Origin: Callorhinchus milii
Taxonomy: Eukaryota
Direction of reading: 5' to 3'
Assembly: GCF_018977255.1 (NCBI RefSeq)
Contig: NW_024704742.1
Span: forward strand, 25,856,001 to 25,920,000
Length of the DNA stretch: 64,000 bases
Numbering within the stretch: the stretch's first letter is position 1; each line of letters starts with the position of its first letter. The notes under the pieces were generated by a model that was not told the origin of the DNA, ran no database searches, and saw nothing but the letters and a program-made list of their open reading frames with translations. The position numbers and the translations under genes were made by a program. Positions 49,891-63,546 of the stretch are shown piece after piece.

Positions 49891-50499
49891 AAGTAACCAT
49901 TCCAGGACTGGTGCCTTCTCTGACTTAATTGTCAATCAGTTCTATTTGTAATATCCATTCTTGTAAGAATTTTCTTGTATTTTCCTTGAAAATTTGCAAG
50001 TGTAGTGTTGCCCTTGGTAGGTCAGGAATGAATAGAGATATGGGAGGGTGGGGAGGGCATTGTTTCAAAATTCTGCAGTTTTTGCTTTGAATATCTTTGC
50101 AGAGTCGACGAAAGGTCGATTGTGTGTGGTCTATTGCAAAAGTATAACACCAGTTGGAAAGAATCCAGGAAAAAATGGAAAGGTTATTATGACATTTAAT
50201 GTATTGTGGACTAAATTAAAAGAAATACACTAAAGTAATTCTATCAGTGTTTTAATATCATTTATCCAAAGGAAACTGTTATTAGAAAACCACTGCGATT
50301 AATTCTGCAGAATGGAACAAAAACAACCACATCCTACATAAAAGACTAGAGATTGCAATAGTAATTTGGTTTGAAGCATCTGTCCATGAAAACTATGAAG
50401 TAAATCATTTTGTTATAATCAAGTCCTACAGCACTAGAAAAGGGCAACGTTTTTGACAAGATGAGCTCAATGAGCTTTAAATCAGGTGTAATAATAAAT

Positions 50500-50988
50500 A
50501 AATATAAATAATCCTTGCATTTGATGTAGCTCCCTATCATATCTTCGAAATGTCTCAAAGCGCTTCACAGGATATACTGTAAAGTGGAGTGTCTGTATTT
50601 TTGTGAGAAAAACAATGACAGCCAGTTTTGTGCACAGGAATGTCCCACAAAGAGCCATAGAGTAATGATCAATTTTATTTAGGGGATTTGTTGACCAAGA
50701 CCTCAAGAGAAACTTCCTACTCCTTTCCAATAGGGCGTAAGATCTTTAACATTCACCTGAACAGGCAGACAGAATCTCAACAACAACTTGCATTTAAATA
50801 GCACCCTTCATGTCGAAGTGGATCTCGGTTTAATGTTTCATCTGGAGAATGGCACCTCTGATAATGCAGCACATTCCAGCACTACATTGGAGTGCCAGTT
50901 TAGACTATGTAATTCCATGTCCCGATGTGGGCCTTGAACCCATAACCTTCTGACTCAGAGGCAAGAGTGTTACCATTGAGCCAGGCAA
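50500..50988 (-). mobile_element. Deu-domain-type SINE, full length, with a short L2 tail nested at about 50778-50815
   Basis: Head CCTGGCTCAATGGTAACACTCTTGCCTCTGAGTCAGAAGG, body and common 3' module. Confidence 0.82.
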
Positions 50989-51838
50989 CATAATTGACAG
51001 TGTAAACAATACATTAACCATGCACAAGTTTATTTATTCTGAGTCATTAATAGTGTTCATTAATAGGAATTACTAAATTCAAAACAAAATGAAAGAATTT
51101 GCAGTTTTATTGTGTCTTGCAATGAAGCATCTCAAAACTCTTAATAGAAATTACTGTCAAGGCAGTTACTATCTCTGTTAGTCACGACATCAACAGAAGT
51201 TCTCTTTTCAAATATCAATATTCAAATGGCATGGATCTTAAAAGTCTACCTGAAGAACAAGCAGACAGGAGTTTGGATTAATTTCTCTGATGAATGGCAC
51301 CTCCATTGATGCAGTGCTCCCCAGCACTACTCTGATATACCAGCTTTGACTATGAATTGAGGAGATGTATCTTCAGTGACAACTAGAAGAGAGTTTCACC
51401 TTGTATCGTGGCTAACAAATCCTATATATTAATTGGTCGTTCACCTCAAGGCTGTTTGTGGACCTTGTCGGCCACAAACAACTGCCATGTTGGCTTTTGT
51501 GAGAGCATTGAAGAGTTATTAGTTCTTTTCTGTGACCAGTAATATTTATTCCCATGGGCCATAAATGTTACGAGCACAGGATTGAATATGATACTCATGT
51601 TCAAACGGCGTTGATTTACATTCACAGTCAGGCAAAATGTTTCACATTGTTTTGTAACACTGATGCCATTTGGATCAGGCCCAGAACATGACTGCCTGTT
51701 GTTTCCATCTGTCAATCTGGAATTATTTGAATAATTACAACATTTCAAACATAACCTTTATTTCATTCTAAAAGGGAAATCGCGTTTAAGCGTTAAATAG
51801 TTGGGTTGATACCAATTCTTTGGATATTAAATATATTT

Positions 51839-52152
51839 GTGGAGTCCTGTAGCTCAGTGGTTGGAGCACTCGCTTTGCAAGCGAGAGACCTGAGTTCAAT
51901 TCCAGGCAGGGCGAAACCTTGGGCAAGTTTCCTTACTCCACACGCCTAATAATAATCCCTCCAAAACCAAAACCAATAATAAATTGGTCATTTCCAATCT
52001 ATGACTGTTTGTGGGACATTGCTGTGTGCAATTGGCTGCCGCGTTCGCCCACAAATATACAGTCAATTTACTTTACAGTGTGTTCTGTGAAGCGCTTTGG
52101 GACGTCCTCCCGACGTGAAAAGCGCTATATCAAATGCAAGGATTATTATTAT
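51839..52152 (+). mobile_element. tRNA-Ala-derived SINE, short young form
   Basis: Full-length and close to the apparent consensus. Confidence 0.94.
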
Positions 52153-52207
52153 TTCAGATAATGCAAGCTTCTGCACATTGTTCCTGTATTTGGTGCTTCC
52201 TTCAGAT

Positions 52208-52890
52208 AAAATTGGTCTTTCACTTGATGGTTGTTTGTGGGATATTGCTATGTGCAAATTACCTACTATTTGTCACCTACAAAATACACAGTCACTGTAC
52301 TTTATTGTACATTCTGTGAAGCACTTTGAGAAGTCCTCCTGATGGGAAAAGGAGCCATACCAAATGTAAGGATTATTATTATTACTTGAGAGATATAGAC
52401 CAGGACCAATTAAGGTTTTTATAGATTTCATTTATAAAAGCACACAGCCAAATGTCAGCAAATTTAGCCACAAGAATAACTGTTAACAAATCACTTTTTA
52501 TACTTGCCTTGGTGCATTCTCAACCACAAGTATTCAGATATGTTTATTTGTGTCATGTCGTATAGACTTGTTTGTGATTTATGTAAAATATGTCACCCAG
52601 AGGCTCCAGCTGTATAACTTACAAGGGCTGCAGGAGAAAGGGAGCAGTGTTCGGTGTATGTTATTGCAAAATAATAATCCTTGCATTTGATATAACGCCT
52701 TTCAGATTGGGAGAAGTCTCAAAGCACTTCACAAGATTTACTGTAAACTGTAGTGACCACGTACATTGTAGGAGAATGCATCAGCCAATCTGCACATAGG
52801 AATTCCCCACAAACAGCTATGAAGTGAACGTCCAATTTTATTTGCGGGATTGTTGGCTAGGACACTTGGAGCAGCTCCCATCTCTTTCAG
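52208..52890. mobile_element. Two decayed SINE 3' halves in opposite orientation (52208-52385 +, 52670-52890 -)
   Basis: Common 3' module in each. Confidence 0.75.
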
Positions 52891-53039
52891 GTTAGGTTAG
52901 TGAACTTAGTAGACAATTCTCTAAAACCTACCAATTGCTGATGTACATACTATTTATGCATACCTCTTTTTGTATTAGCTATTTTTTGTACAGAACCATT
53001 AGAAAAATTAGAAATTTTGAATTTATTATTTAAAAAAAA

Positions 53040-53565
53040 GGAGGTATTCAAAGCTTGTACAGAAAAAGGCATTGACGGTTGGGCTGAGCATAACATTACA
53101 CATAAGAAGGTCAAAAGTGAGATTAGGGAAGCCAAGAGATAATTGAAAAGGAAATGTCAGCAAATGCAAAATACAATGCAAAAACATTCTTGTAATATTA
53201 TAACAGCATTAAGGTAGCTGGGGAGGAAATTAAACCCTAAAGGAAGTTGAAGATCAAGCCAAACAAGAGATAGTAATCATATTAAATGGTATCTTGCTTT
53301 TTTTTATTCACGGAACGAATTAACAACATGTTATACAATACCCGTCACTCATCTTGTGAGATCTGGAGCTTATTAGCCAGATGGAGGTTCTAGATACATA
53401 GGCTGCAATCTAATAAAACACATTGGACAGATAATCTGGTCTCTGAGACAAAGGAAAGCAATTGTTAAACACAGAAACACATTTTGAGGGAATCTAATAA
53501 ACATTGGGGAGATTCAGTCAGACTGGAATCAGGCAAATGTAGTTCCTTTATTCAAGAAGGGTGAA
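53040..53565 (+). mobile_element. Highly decayed CR1 ORF2 fragment
   Basis: EIREAKR and DWNQANVVPLFKKG (53521-53562) motifs. Confidence 0.7.
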
Positions 53566-54748
53566 AAAAAAATCACAGTTAAAAATCCAAGGCCACCATG
53601 CAGATCAATAAAAAAAGTTCTTTTTTTGCTGGAAAGAGTGTAGAGTTGGCCCCTCCTCAGCAGATGAACTATGGAAAATAAATATTAAATAAAAATAAAG
53701 GGCATTCTAGACCTTACAATTTAGGAAACAAAAAACGCACACAACAAAACAAAATTACTGGAGGACTTCAGAATGTGAGCAGGAAGAAACACTTAAGGTG
53801 TGCTGCCACCTAGTTGGTAATAATTAATGTGGGGAATAATAATAATACTTTTTATATACGCTTTATCCATCTTCGAGATGTCTCAAAGCGCTTCACAAAA
53901 TATACTGTAAAGTGAAATGACTGTATATTTTGTGGGCGAAACGCTTTAAAACATCGCACACTTTACCCCATTTATGCTTTTGAATGGTTTCCTAGCATGG
54001 ATCATCAATACATAAAAGGAAGACTTATTGCATTGTGCTGCTTATACCAATGAAGATCATGATTTACGTGCATCAATGAGTTATTTGTTCTGTTGCAGTG
54101 GATCAGGCACTTCTTAAATGCTGAGGTTGCAGGCAATATTATTTATTCTGTATATCATAATCATTTATTCCCAGAAATGCTTGGTGCCAATTAACATTAC
54201 CATTATACTATATTTAAAAAAATCTGCTTGGTGGGAATATGAATTGATTTATTGGTTTACAAATTTCGAAAAAGGCAAAATGCAAGCAGCAGCATTAGCA
54301 CTTATCAACAATCAGTTTCCTTGCTAATCGTATTTAAAACAAAATAAAACAGCATCATCAATAATTTTTTCCTTTTTTGGCAAACACGCACACTGCAGTG
54401 CCATCCGTCATTATTAATTCATGATCCTTGGCAATTACATCAGTACATTGAATGTTATAATGAGTTGCAGCTGTAGTGAGCATCTGAACACACAACATAA
54501 CTTATCACTTTAAAAATCTATGGTCAAGCTTTATAGCTGTAAATATTGACAGTGCGGTCTTATAACTAATGGGGCTGTATTCTGTTTTTTGCGACTGTAA
54601 GTTTCCAAGTTTATAAAATTCCAGAGCTGAAGCTAATGACAGATATGTGAAATTGGAATTTTATCCCATTCAATACTATACTTTTCTAAAGCATAAAATA
54701 GTTTGCTCAACCTTTAGCAAAACAATTGAATTCAAATATAACATACAG

Positions 54749-55126
54749 GTGGAGTTCTGCTGTGTATTGGTTCACACACTCGCCTTGCAAGAGAGAGGAC
54801 CTAGATTTGATTCCCGGGCAGGGCGAAACCTAGGGCAAGTTTCCTTACTCCACACACCTTTGCTTATCTAGGAGTAAATAGGGACCTGGTTGTTAGTCAA
54901 TTGGCAGATCGCTTTTCTGGGAATAATAATCCCTTAAAAAAAATAATAATTTGGTCACTTAATCCATGACTGTGTGTGGGACACTGCTGTGTGCAAGTGG
55001 CTGCCGCATTTCGCACACAAAATATAGAGTCAATTTACTTTACCGTGTATTCTGTGAAGCACTTTGCCAAGTCTGGAAGACCTTATAAGGAGCTATATCA
55101 CGTGCAAGGATTATTATTATTATTAT
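54749..55126 (+). mobile_element. tRNA-derived SINE, long older form
   Basis: Head, internal segment at about 54859-54921, tail. Confidence 0.88.
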
Positions 55127-55434
55127 CATCATGTATTGCAATGGGCATACTGTGTTCAGTTAATGATTGACCAAGCTTAAACTTCTCTCAAGATTACAAG
55201 AGAGGTTCAAATAAAATTTGCTCTTTGGCCCATTGATCTCATCCTTTCAGAATCCATACCCCCATTACAGCATCAAAAAATAAGTCCAGTGTCATGGCCT
55301 GAACCACCCTTTACGAGCCAGATTATGATAATGATCATACGGAGCAAAGTTGTTACATTTTGTCTGTCTTTTGTATGAGGGGAGGAATGAGAAAAGTGAA
55401 GTCCGCTGCAATCAGCTTGTTTCACTTGAATAAC

Positions 55435-55597
55435 ACAACAACAACAAAATTACATTTATATAGCGCCTTTCACGTCAGGGTAATCGAAAACACGGTCGAA
55501 GAGGAGGGTCTTGAGGTGGGTCTTGAGGTGGGTCTTGAAGGTGACGGGGGAGAGGGCGAGACGGAGGGACTGCGGGATGGAGTTCCAGAGGGTGGGC
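55435..55597 (-). mobile_element. L2 3' terminal fragment
   Basis: PTLWNSIPQSLR...FKTHLKTLLF plus tail. Confidence 0.82.
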
Positions 55598-56596
55598 AAA
55601 CACAATGGTTGTGCAAAAGTCCTTTTTTCACTAACCTGGTAACCGGACTGACCCAACACAATAACATCCTCAACATCAATACAGAGTGATGATAAGCACT
55701 TTTGTGTAGAAAATAGAAAAGAACTTAAACACTTTTTTAAAAATTGCTTCTTATCCACTGACATATCTTTAACACATGCTTCTGTGTTCCATTGAACTCA
55801 ATAAAAAAGTACTATTTTGCATCAACACAATAAAATCTCACAGAGAAATGTTGACACAGGTCCCACGGCTGATCTGTATTTAGAGCTGTGAGGGCAGAAA
55901 TCCCAGTTTCTTTTCATTTAGTACAATTATTGCTTTTGTGACACAGGCCGATCAAAACAAATTTAGTATAAATGTATCTGACAGAGAATGATTAAATTGG
56001 TCTTTAGCTTCATGGCTAGTTAGGAGACATTGCTGTGTGCAAATTAGCTGTCATGTTCACCTAAAAATACACTAACTTGTGAGGCATTTTGAGATATTCT
56101 TCAAAAGTTAATGGCACTTTAGCAAATGCAAAGATTATTATTACTCTATGTTATTATATATTAAAGTGCTCTGGGATATTATCCTACATGAAAGTGCAAG
56201 TTGTTGTTATTTCACTAGTCAAGCCGAAAACAAATGGCCAACTATGTGCCAACTATCTCCAGCAGGTCAGAGTGACATATGCTAAAAATGTTATTGGTCA
56301 GTCGGGTGTCCGACACACGTGGAAACCAATCACCATGCTTAAGATTATTCAAATCAAAGTGAGGTTGCCATTGATATCACTGTATGCAAAGCTTTCCCAC
56401 TGCTTGTCCAACTTGGACCACTCTACCCATTAATAGGATAGGGCAGGATTAACAGGAGCTGAGCGGAATGATTCCATGCCCCCAGTGATTGGTCTGCCCT
56501 TCCAGGTCCTGATGATGAACTGTGCTGGCATCACAATAAATTGTGAATGTTTCCTTAAACCAAGATGTGAATCCCCAAACTCAAGAGCTATAGAAG

Positions 56597-56890
56597 ATAA
56601 TAATAATAATCCTTGCATTTGATATAGCGCTTTTCACATCTTTTCAAAGCGCTTCATAGAATATGCTGTAAAGTGAATTGACCGTAACGCAGAAGCCAAT
56701 TGCGCACAGCAGTGTTCCACAAACAGTCGTGGATTGAAAATTACCAATATATTATTGTTTTGTTTTGGAGGGATTATTATTAGGCGTGTGGAGTAAGGAA
56801 ACTTGCCCAAGGTTTCGCCCTGTCTGGAAATGAACCCAGATGTGTCGCTTGCAAGGCAAGTGTTCTAACCACTGAGCTACAGGACTCCAC
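56597..56890 (-). mobile_element. tRNA-Ala-derived SINE, short form
   Basis: Full head with small internal deletions in the tail. Confidence 0.9.
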
Positions 56891-58531
56891 AGGACTCCAC
56901 AAGATGTGAATTCTTGAGATGACTTATCATCTGATTCCAGCCTAGCTGACTATGTAGAAACATCTTTTTGAGAGTCCCTTTCCACACATACTTTATATCC
57001 ATGACTCACCCACACTGAAGACCTTGTCACAGTTTAAACTTATCAAACAGATGATAGATAGCCCAGCACAGGTTGTCTGCAGACATGAGAATTTCCTGTG
57101 ACACAAGCACCTCCAGGCACTGGGAAAAATCCATCCTCTGGAATAATAGGTGTAATGCTTTATTACGATCACCCTAAAAACATGATGTACCTTATCGGAT
57201 AACAAAACCATAACTACTCTATGTAAAAGTTTAAGTGCTCCGAGATGCCATCTGACGTGAAAGGAGCTATATGGATCTAGTTTTCGTTGTTTATAAATGC
57301 ATTCTTTTTCCTGAGAGTACAGTGTTATGTCTCAAAACTGACTTCATCAAACACACCTATGACCATTTCCCTTGCTCGGTATCCAACCCTGTCCCTGTAA
57401 AGCACTCTGATTTGTGACCCTGTGTGAAGCGTATATAAATGCTATAGTTGTTCCGAACTTTAATATAGAACACAATACGATATACAGTAAACCCCCATCT
57501 TACCAGACTCAGGGTATCTGGAATTCGTACCTAGCCAGACTGTACCCCAAACCTAAAAATTAAAATAAAATCTGTGGGCCCATGTGCATGTAGACTCGAC
57601 TCCCAACAACAATAACAAAATTAAGTTTGTAGAGCTCCCAACTCTCTAGGAAGGGCCAATGCCAAGCTCAGCAGCCTCACCGTCCTTGCTGGCCTCAACA
57701 GTGACCAGGGAGATCGACCTTGATTCAAATTGTTTGAATCCCGTGAGCAGAAAATAGCTTATGTGCTATCTTCTGCTCACAGATTCAAACAATTGCAGTG
57801 CCGGTACTGACATTTACCAGGATTTTTTTAAGTGTCTCTCAATCCCACTCCTCTATAAAGTGCTTTGAAACATTTTTCTGTGTGAGAGGCATTATATAAT
57901 TGCAAGTTGGTGTTGACACATCATTGTTGTTCAGTATCTAGAGAAGCCTCACTTTCTTTAAGATTATGACCTTTACAGAGAGAATTGTTTTTCTCATGAA
58001 AGATTATCAGAGAAACATCCTGTCAAACTCCCTGGGCTTTTAATTAAACTTCGCAATTGGAGACGAGAACATTCTTTGTTTTTCAAGCAGGATTTTCAGT
58101 TGCAGCTCCACATAAGTAACAAGTACTCATTTGACAAATTAACATATTAATAGTAGCCTCTAAGGACAGAGGACATGAAGTATCAAAGAAATTGTACCAC
58201 AATAGAAGGAAAAGAAAGTTTAAATGCCTACAGTAGAGAAGGGGAGAAGAAAGACAGGTGAAATGTAAGTTTTTTAAGACTAAGAACATTTTTATTATCA
58301 ACACATGCCAACAAAGTTTCTGCACTTATCAACAAGGCTAATGTTTTACCTAATAGGTGTTCAAAGTACAATATTGCTCATGAAGCATTTGACAGTCCAT
58401 GGCAACTTAAATAAATGGGTGCAGAATGAGCACTTGTATTCAAAGTTCAAATTTCATGTTGTGCAATAATAACATCAGTATCAGCAAGTTGATCTAATGT
58501 TTTTTTCATTTACATTTCTAACTAGACTTAC

Positions 58532-58920
58532 AATAATAATCTTAGCATTTGCATTTGATATAGCGCTTTATCATGTCTTCCAGATATCTCAAAGCGCTTC
58601 ACAGAATATATTGTAAAGTGAATTGACTGTATATTTGTGGGCAAATCGCGGCAGCCAATTTCGCACAGCAGTGTCCCACAAACAGTCGTGGATTCGGTGA
58701 CCAAATTATTATTGTTTGTTTATTTATTTATTTCTGAAGGGATGATTACCCCCGGAAAAGCGATCCTCCAATTGACTAGCAACCGGGTTCCTACTTACTG
58801 CTAGGTAAACAAAGGCATATGGAGTAAGAAAAATTGCCCAACATTTTTGCCCTGTCTGGGAATCGATTCAAGGTCCTCTTACTTGCGAGGCGAGTGCTCT
58901 AACCACTAAGCTACAGCATT
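58532..58920 (-). mobile_element. tRNA-derived SINE, long form, abutting a CR1 fragment
   Basis: Head, internal segment and tail on the minus strand. Confidence 0.9.
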
Positions 58921-59450
58921 CCGAGGATGCAGGCCATCAGGTCCAGGGGATTTGTCATTTTTCAATCCCAACAGTTTCCTTAGTACTAATTCTTTACTGA
59001 TGTTAGTTTCCCTAAGTTGCTTACTAACATTAGCTTCTTGGTTCCCCTCTATTTTTGATAAATTTTCAGTGTCTTCTAACATGAAGACAGAAGCAAAATA
59101 TTTGTTTAATGACTCTGCCATGTCTTTATCCCCCATTGTAATTCCTCCTGTCTCTGCCTGTAATGGACCCATATTCACTTTTGATAGTCCCTTCCTCTTT
59201 ATGTATTTGTAAAAACTCTTGCATACTGTCTTTATGTTCCTAGCTAGTTTGCCCTCATAATTCATTTTCTCCCTCCTAATCAGTTTCTTAGTTTTTCTTT
59301 GTGGTCTCTGAAGCCCTCCCAATCCTTGGGTTTACTGCTCTTTTTGGCAGTATTATAGATCTCTTCTTTTAATTTTATACTTTCCCTAACTGCTCTAGTT
59401 AGCCATGGTTGAACCACTTTTCCCATGGTATTTTTATTCCTCAAGGGAAT
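58921..59450 (-). mobile_element. CR1 LINE ORF2 fragment
   Basis: KSFYKYIKRK, MAESLNKYFASVF and KSPGPDGLHPR motifs. Confidence 0.92.
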
Positions 59451-59944
59451 ATGTGATCGATTTTGAACTATATCCTCTGTGTGATGGGAAGCCAGCTAAA
59501 TCGGGCAAGGATTCAACTAAATTAACTTGGCAGGAGTCCCAGATGGATTTTTGTGTGTCTTGAACTCAAATATCATTTCCAAGTGGAGAAACCATGAATT
59601 CATACCATAAAGTGCGAGTTTTAGAAGTCAGTGAGATGTGAATAACTTTCATTATAAATTTAAGTTGCCTCATATAGACCTTTGATATTTCTCTCAGACA
59701 AAAATACTATTACAATTTCTCCATTCACGAGATTGAATTTTGTTATCTTTCTCGCTGCAAATGTCATTGTGCAACATGTACATTTCTATCAGACAATGTG
59801 CATACACAGTGTTATGCTTTTCTCCTGGAAAGTGTATGACTTTCAAGGTCCAATAAAACATTTTAATTACTTTGTGAATGTAAGATCACTATATGATACA
59901 TGTGTTTTCTGACTTACCTTAAATTAGGGCAGTGCCTTGAAGTG

Positions 59945-60366
59945 TGTCAGCCTGGCTCAGTGGTAGCACTCTTGGCTCTGAATCAGAAGGTTGTTAGTTC
60001 AAAACCCAGATCGGGATTTGGAATCACATAATTTAGGCTGACACTCCAAAGCAGTGCTGGGGGAGGTGTTGTCCTTCAGATGAGAGTTAAACCGAGGTAC
60101 CATCAGCCTTTTCAGGTGAATATTAAAGATCCCATGACACTATTCAAAAAGAAACTTGAGTTTCTCCTGGTGTCCTGGCCAACAATCCACCAAATAAAAT
60201 TGGTCACTCACTCCATGGCTGATTGTGGGACATTGCTGTGTGCAACTGGCTGCCACATTTTGCCCACAGAAATACACAATAAGTCAGTAAGTATATCCTG
60301 TGAAACGCTTTAAGACATCTCAATGATGCGATAAGGCACTTTATCAAATGTAAGGATTATTATTAT
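59945..60366 (+). mobile_element. Deu-domain-type SINE, full length
   Basis: Head TCAGCCTGGCTCAGTGGTAGCACTC, body GTTAAACCGAGG...TAAAGATCCCATGACACTATTC...GTGTCCTGGCCAAC, common 3' module. Confidence 0.85.
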
Positions 60367-61499
60367 ACTCTCATTATTTGACTAGAACTACAGATTATAT
60401 TTGACTGATCATTTTGACGTTGGCTGATGTGTTTGCACTGGTTGATGTGATTCTGAACACTAGACTCTGACATTTCCTTGTCCATGTGATCAGCATCCTT
60501 TTTTGTTGCATGAATCTGGCTGGGGAAGGATTCACGTGGAAAGAAAGTTAAAGTGAACGTATCCAAAAAAGTTGAAAGAATGAAACAGGACACAGAAGAC
60601 ACAAACTTCATCCTGCCTCTTCACTTGTGAGAGTGTGCTTATTTTGAGGGCTATTCCTCTCTGACGTTGCAGAGCAATTTTCCTTATACCAAAGAAAAAC
60701 AACTGGTTAGTTAATACTAGTTTAATAAGAAGCTCGACTTCAGCCTCTCTGAAATGCAGTTCAACACCAATCGAAAATAATGCAAAACTATTTTGAGATG
60801 TGTTAGGTGGCACATTTCCTGGTCATTGTGCTGATTCTTTTGAAAGGCCTCAGCTCTGATTACATTGGGCAGTTAGCTGCGGATTCTATTACAGCTACAG
60901 TAATGATAGTGTATTGGTAAATCAGCTGTAGCACTGGTGTACTGCATATGTGAAATAACTGTAATCCTAAGTGTGGATATAGCCTATTGGTTCTTAACAA
61001 TTGGGTTGTGATGAGTTCTATTTCTGCAATTAGTTTGAAAATGTTAAGAATGTTGGAAAGGGTTGAAAATATAGCATTTAGGTAACCCAAGTAGTGAAAG
61101 CAACATTTTCGATCCCAGGAAAGCAATATTCTAATATTAAAATTGCAACAGAAAGACGACATTTCCAAGATTCATCGCAGGTACAGTTTCAAATATTCTC
61201 TGTGGAATAAGGTGTTGATTAGTCCATTCACCGAAGCAGAGCTACCAAAGAATGAGATGGAAAAAATAATCACTGAGCAAAGCACAATTATATTAACAAA
61301 ACTATTGTTCTGTAGGATACAATGGAGCTTGAGGAGCCTGACTGCAGAGATATTGGAATTGACAGAAGATTATCTGGAAGTTGCAGTTGTGACTGCCCTA
61401 GTGGTGTTTGATTGACAGCCGACAGCACAGCCAGATGGATAGTTATTCAGGTCATTTCTAGTGCTATCTTTCACATCTGCTGATTTCATATCACACAAT

Positions 61500-61860
61500 A
61501 CAATACGATTTGCATTTAAATAGTGTTCTTCATGTCAGGAAGACATGCTTCATACTTCTGACTGGGCACCCGAGCTGGGGTGGGATTGGGGGGAGAGGAG
61601 GGAGAGGAGCTGAAGAGGGATTCAGGGGGAAAGATTATCAAAGATACAATTGAAGAAATAAATATTAAGGCGAGCTTTAAAAGTGGGGAGGGAGGCGGTG
61701 AGGTGAAGAGATTCACGAATGGAATTCCAGAGAACAGAGGCAGCACGGTTGAAAGCTCGGCCACCAATGGTGAGGTGGATTGGACTGGGGTCATGCAGCA
61801 GGCCAGTGTTTGCTGAATGGAGGTAGTGGCTAGGTAGGTAGGGTCGCAGGATATGAAGCC
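61500..61860 (-). mobile_element. L2 3' fragment, decayed
   Basis: Similar to the other L2 3' ends, on the minus strand. Confidence 0.75.
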
Positions 61861-63503
61861 ATACAACTACCTAATTCTAATATATCCGGGCAGCAATTGA
61901 CAAGTAGGACGCCCTGCAAGGTTTACCGTATACCAAATATTTTTTAACTTAAATGAACTTAATTCATTTTACATTATCTTAGTGTATAGTATTGTACTTT
62001 TCCGCTTCATTTGGCGTGCGTTTCTATTCTGAATAGATTAAAACAACATACACAATATACATATCATCTGAGGCGATGGAGATTACCTGCAATGGAATGT
62101 TGATTTGGGGGTTTGCTGCAGTGTATATGCGGCCAGTGGAAATTAATTCAACCACCGCTAAGGAATAAAACGATTCTTTAAAAGTTGATTGCCTGAGAAA
62201 TCTTATGACAATTAAGAAAAAGAGGGCAACGAGCCAGAATTTACTGGATATACTGTAAAGTGGATTGACTGTGTATTTTGTTTGTTGGTGAAATGTGGCA
62301 GCCAATTTGCACACAGCCGTGGCCCACAAACAGCCATGAATTCATCTTTCCACTCCCCAGTCCTTTCGTCCACCACCCCCAGGCTCGGGTGACCCAGCCA
62401 GTGGTGCGCTTTGAAAAATCCTCCCGACATGAGAGGCGATATCTAAATGCAAAGTGAATTGCGGACTTTGCTGATTGAAAGCGCTCTAGAGAAGCCTGCA
62501 GTCCCAACTCTGTTGTTATGTGCTTTGCTGGTTTTAGATACTGCAGATGTCATGCTATCTGTTGCTGAGAACCTTCACTTGCATTTGATGGCCTGCTGGT
62601 TGTCAGCCACAGATGGCAAAGCTGTATTATCTGTTTGATAATTGAAGCCTGTACTTGTGAGAGATGAGCGCAGTGATTGTTCAGGTCTGCCGGCCCTTAA
62701 TCTTAAGCAAATTCAGATTTTTATTTTGCTCTTATTTGCTGCAAAACCACAAAAGTGTTAAGAACTTAAGAAAGCATGAATGAGAAAAAGCTAGTTGGAC
62801 AACAAGACACTCCTTCTACAGTTACACGTTACCTCCTCTATTGTGAAACCTCATCTCCACAATCTCCACGTTTCACTGCCTCTTGGGATAAAATATTGTA
62901 TAATATAGTTAAATATAATAAAACAGTAAATTCCTGATGACAAGGCACTGGCTTAACTAGTCACGACCACTTAAGTCGCTATGCTATTAATATCCTACCC
63001 ATGCAAATTTTTAGTAAGGGGCTATGATTTACTTGTCATTCTGCTTACCACGTGACTAGTCGCATTCTCGAAAGTCTTTTAAGTATAGAATTTACAGTGT
63101 AAAATTGATCGGATAACTCAACCTGTAAAATGGTGTCTTGCATTGCAGAGGCCTCCTGCCCTATCCTGCCTGGTGTTGGCACTTTTGGGCACTTGCTCAA
63201 ATGCATCACAGAGGCCTCTGGCCTATTGGAGGGCCACACTGTGGTCTCCTGCCTTACCTCCCACCCAATACAGTGACAGGATACAGCAGGAGGCAGGTGA
63301 GGTAGGACACCATTGCCCACTCTGGCTAATAAATATACGAGCCCGAAACCGAACCTTTGCACAGGGTTTCCTCCATGAGGACCCCACCTCCAACAATGGA
63401 GCTCACCCCTAACATTGCATTGCAGTGTCATTCTAGACTATATGACTTCCAAGTCCTGATGTGGGGCTTCAAACCATAATCTTCTGAGGCAGCCCGGCAC
63501 CCA

Positions 63504-63504
<1 letters not shown>

Positions 63505-63546
<42 letters not shown>
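63505..63546 (+). repeat. (GATA)n microsatellite
   Basis: Directly visible. Confidence 0.97.

Noticed and set aside
51839..51910. tRNA-Ala(TGC) gene, and similar heads elsewhere
   Set aside because: No paired acceptor stem; continues into a SINE body present in many copies.
62955..63060. 10-bp inverted repeat ACTAGTCACG/CGTGACTAGT
   Set aside because: Too short to distinguish from chance or a decayed MITE.
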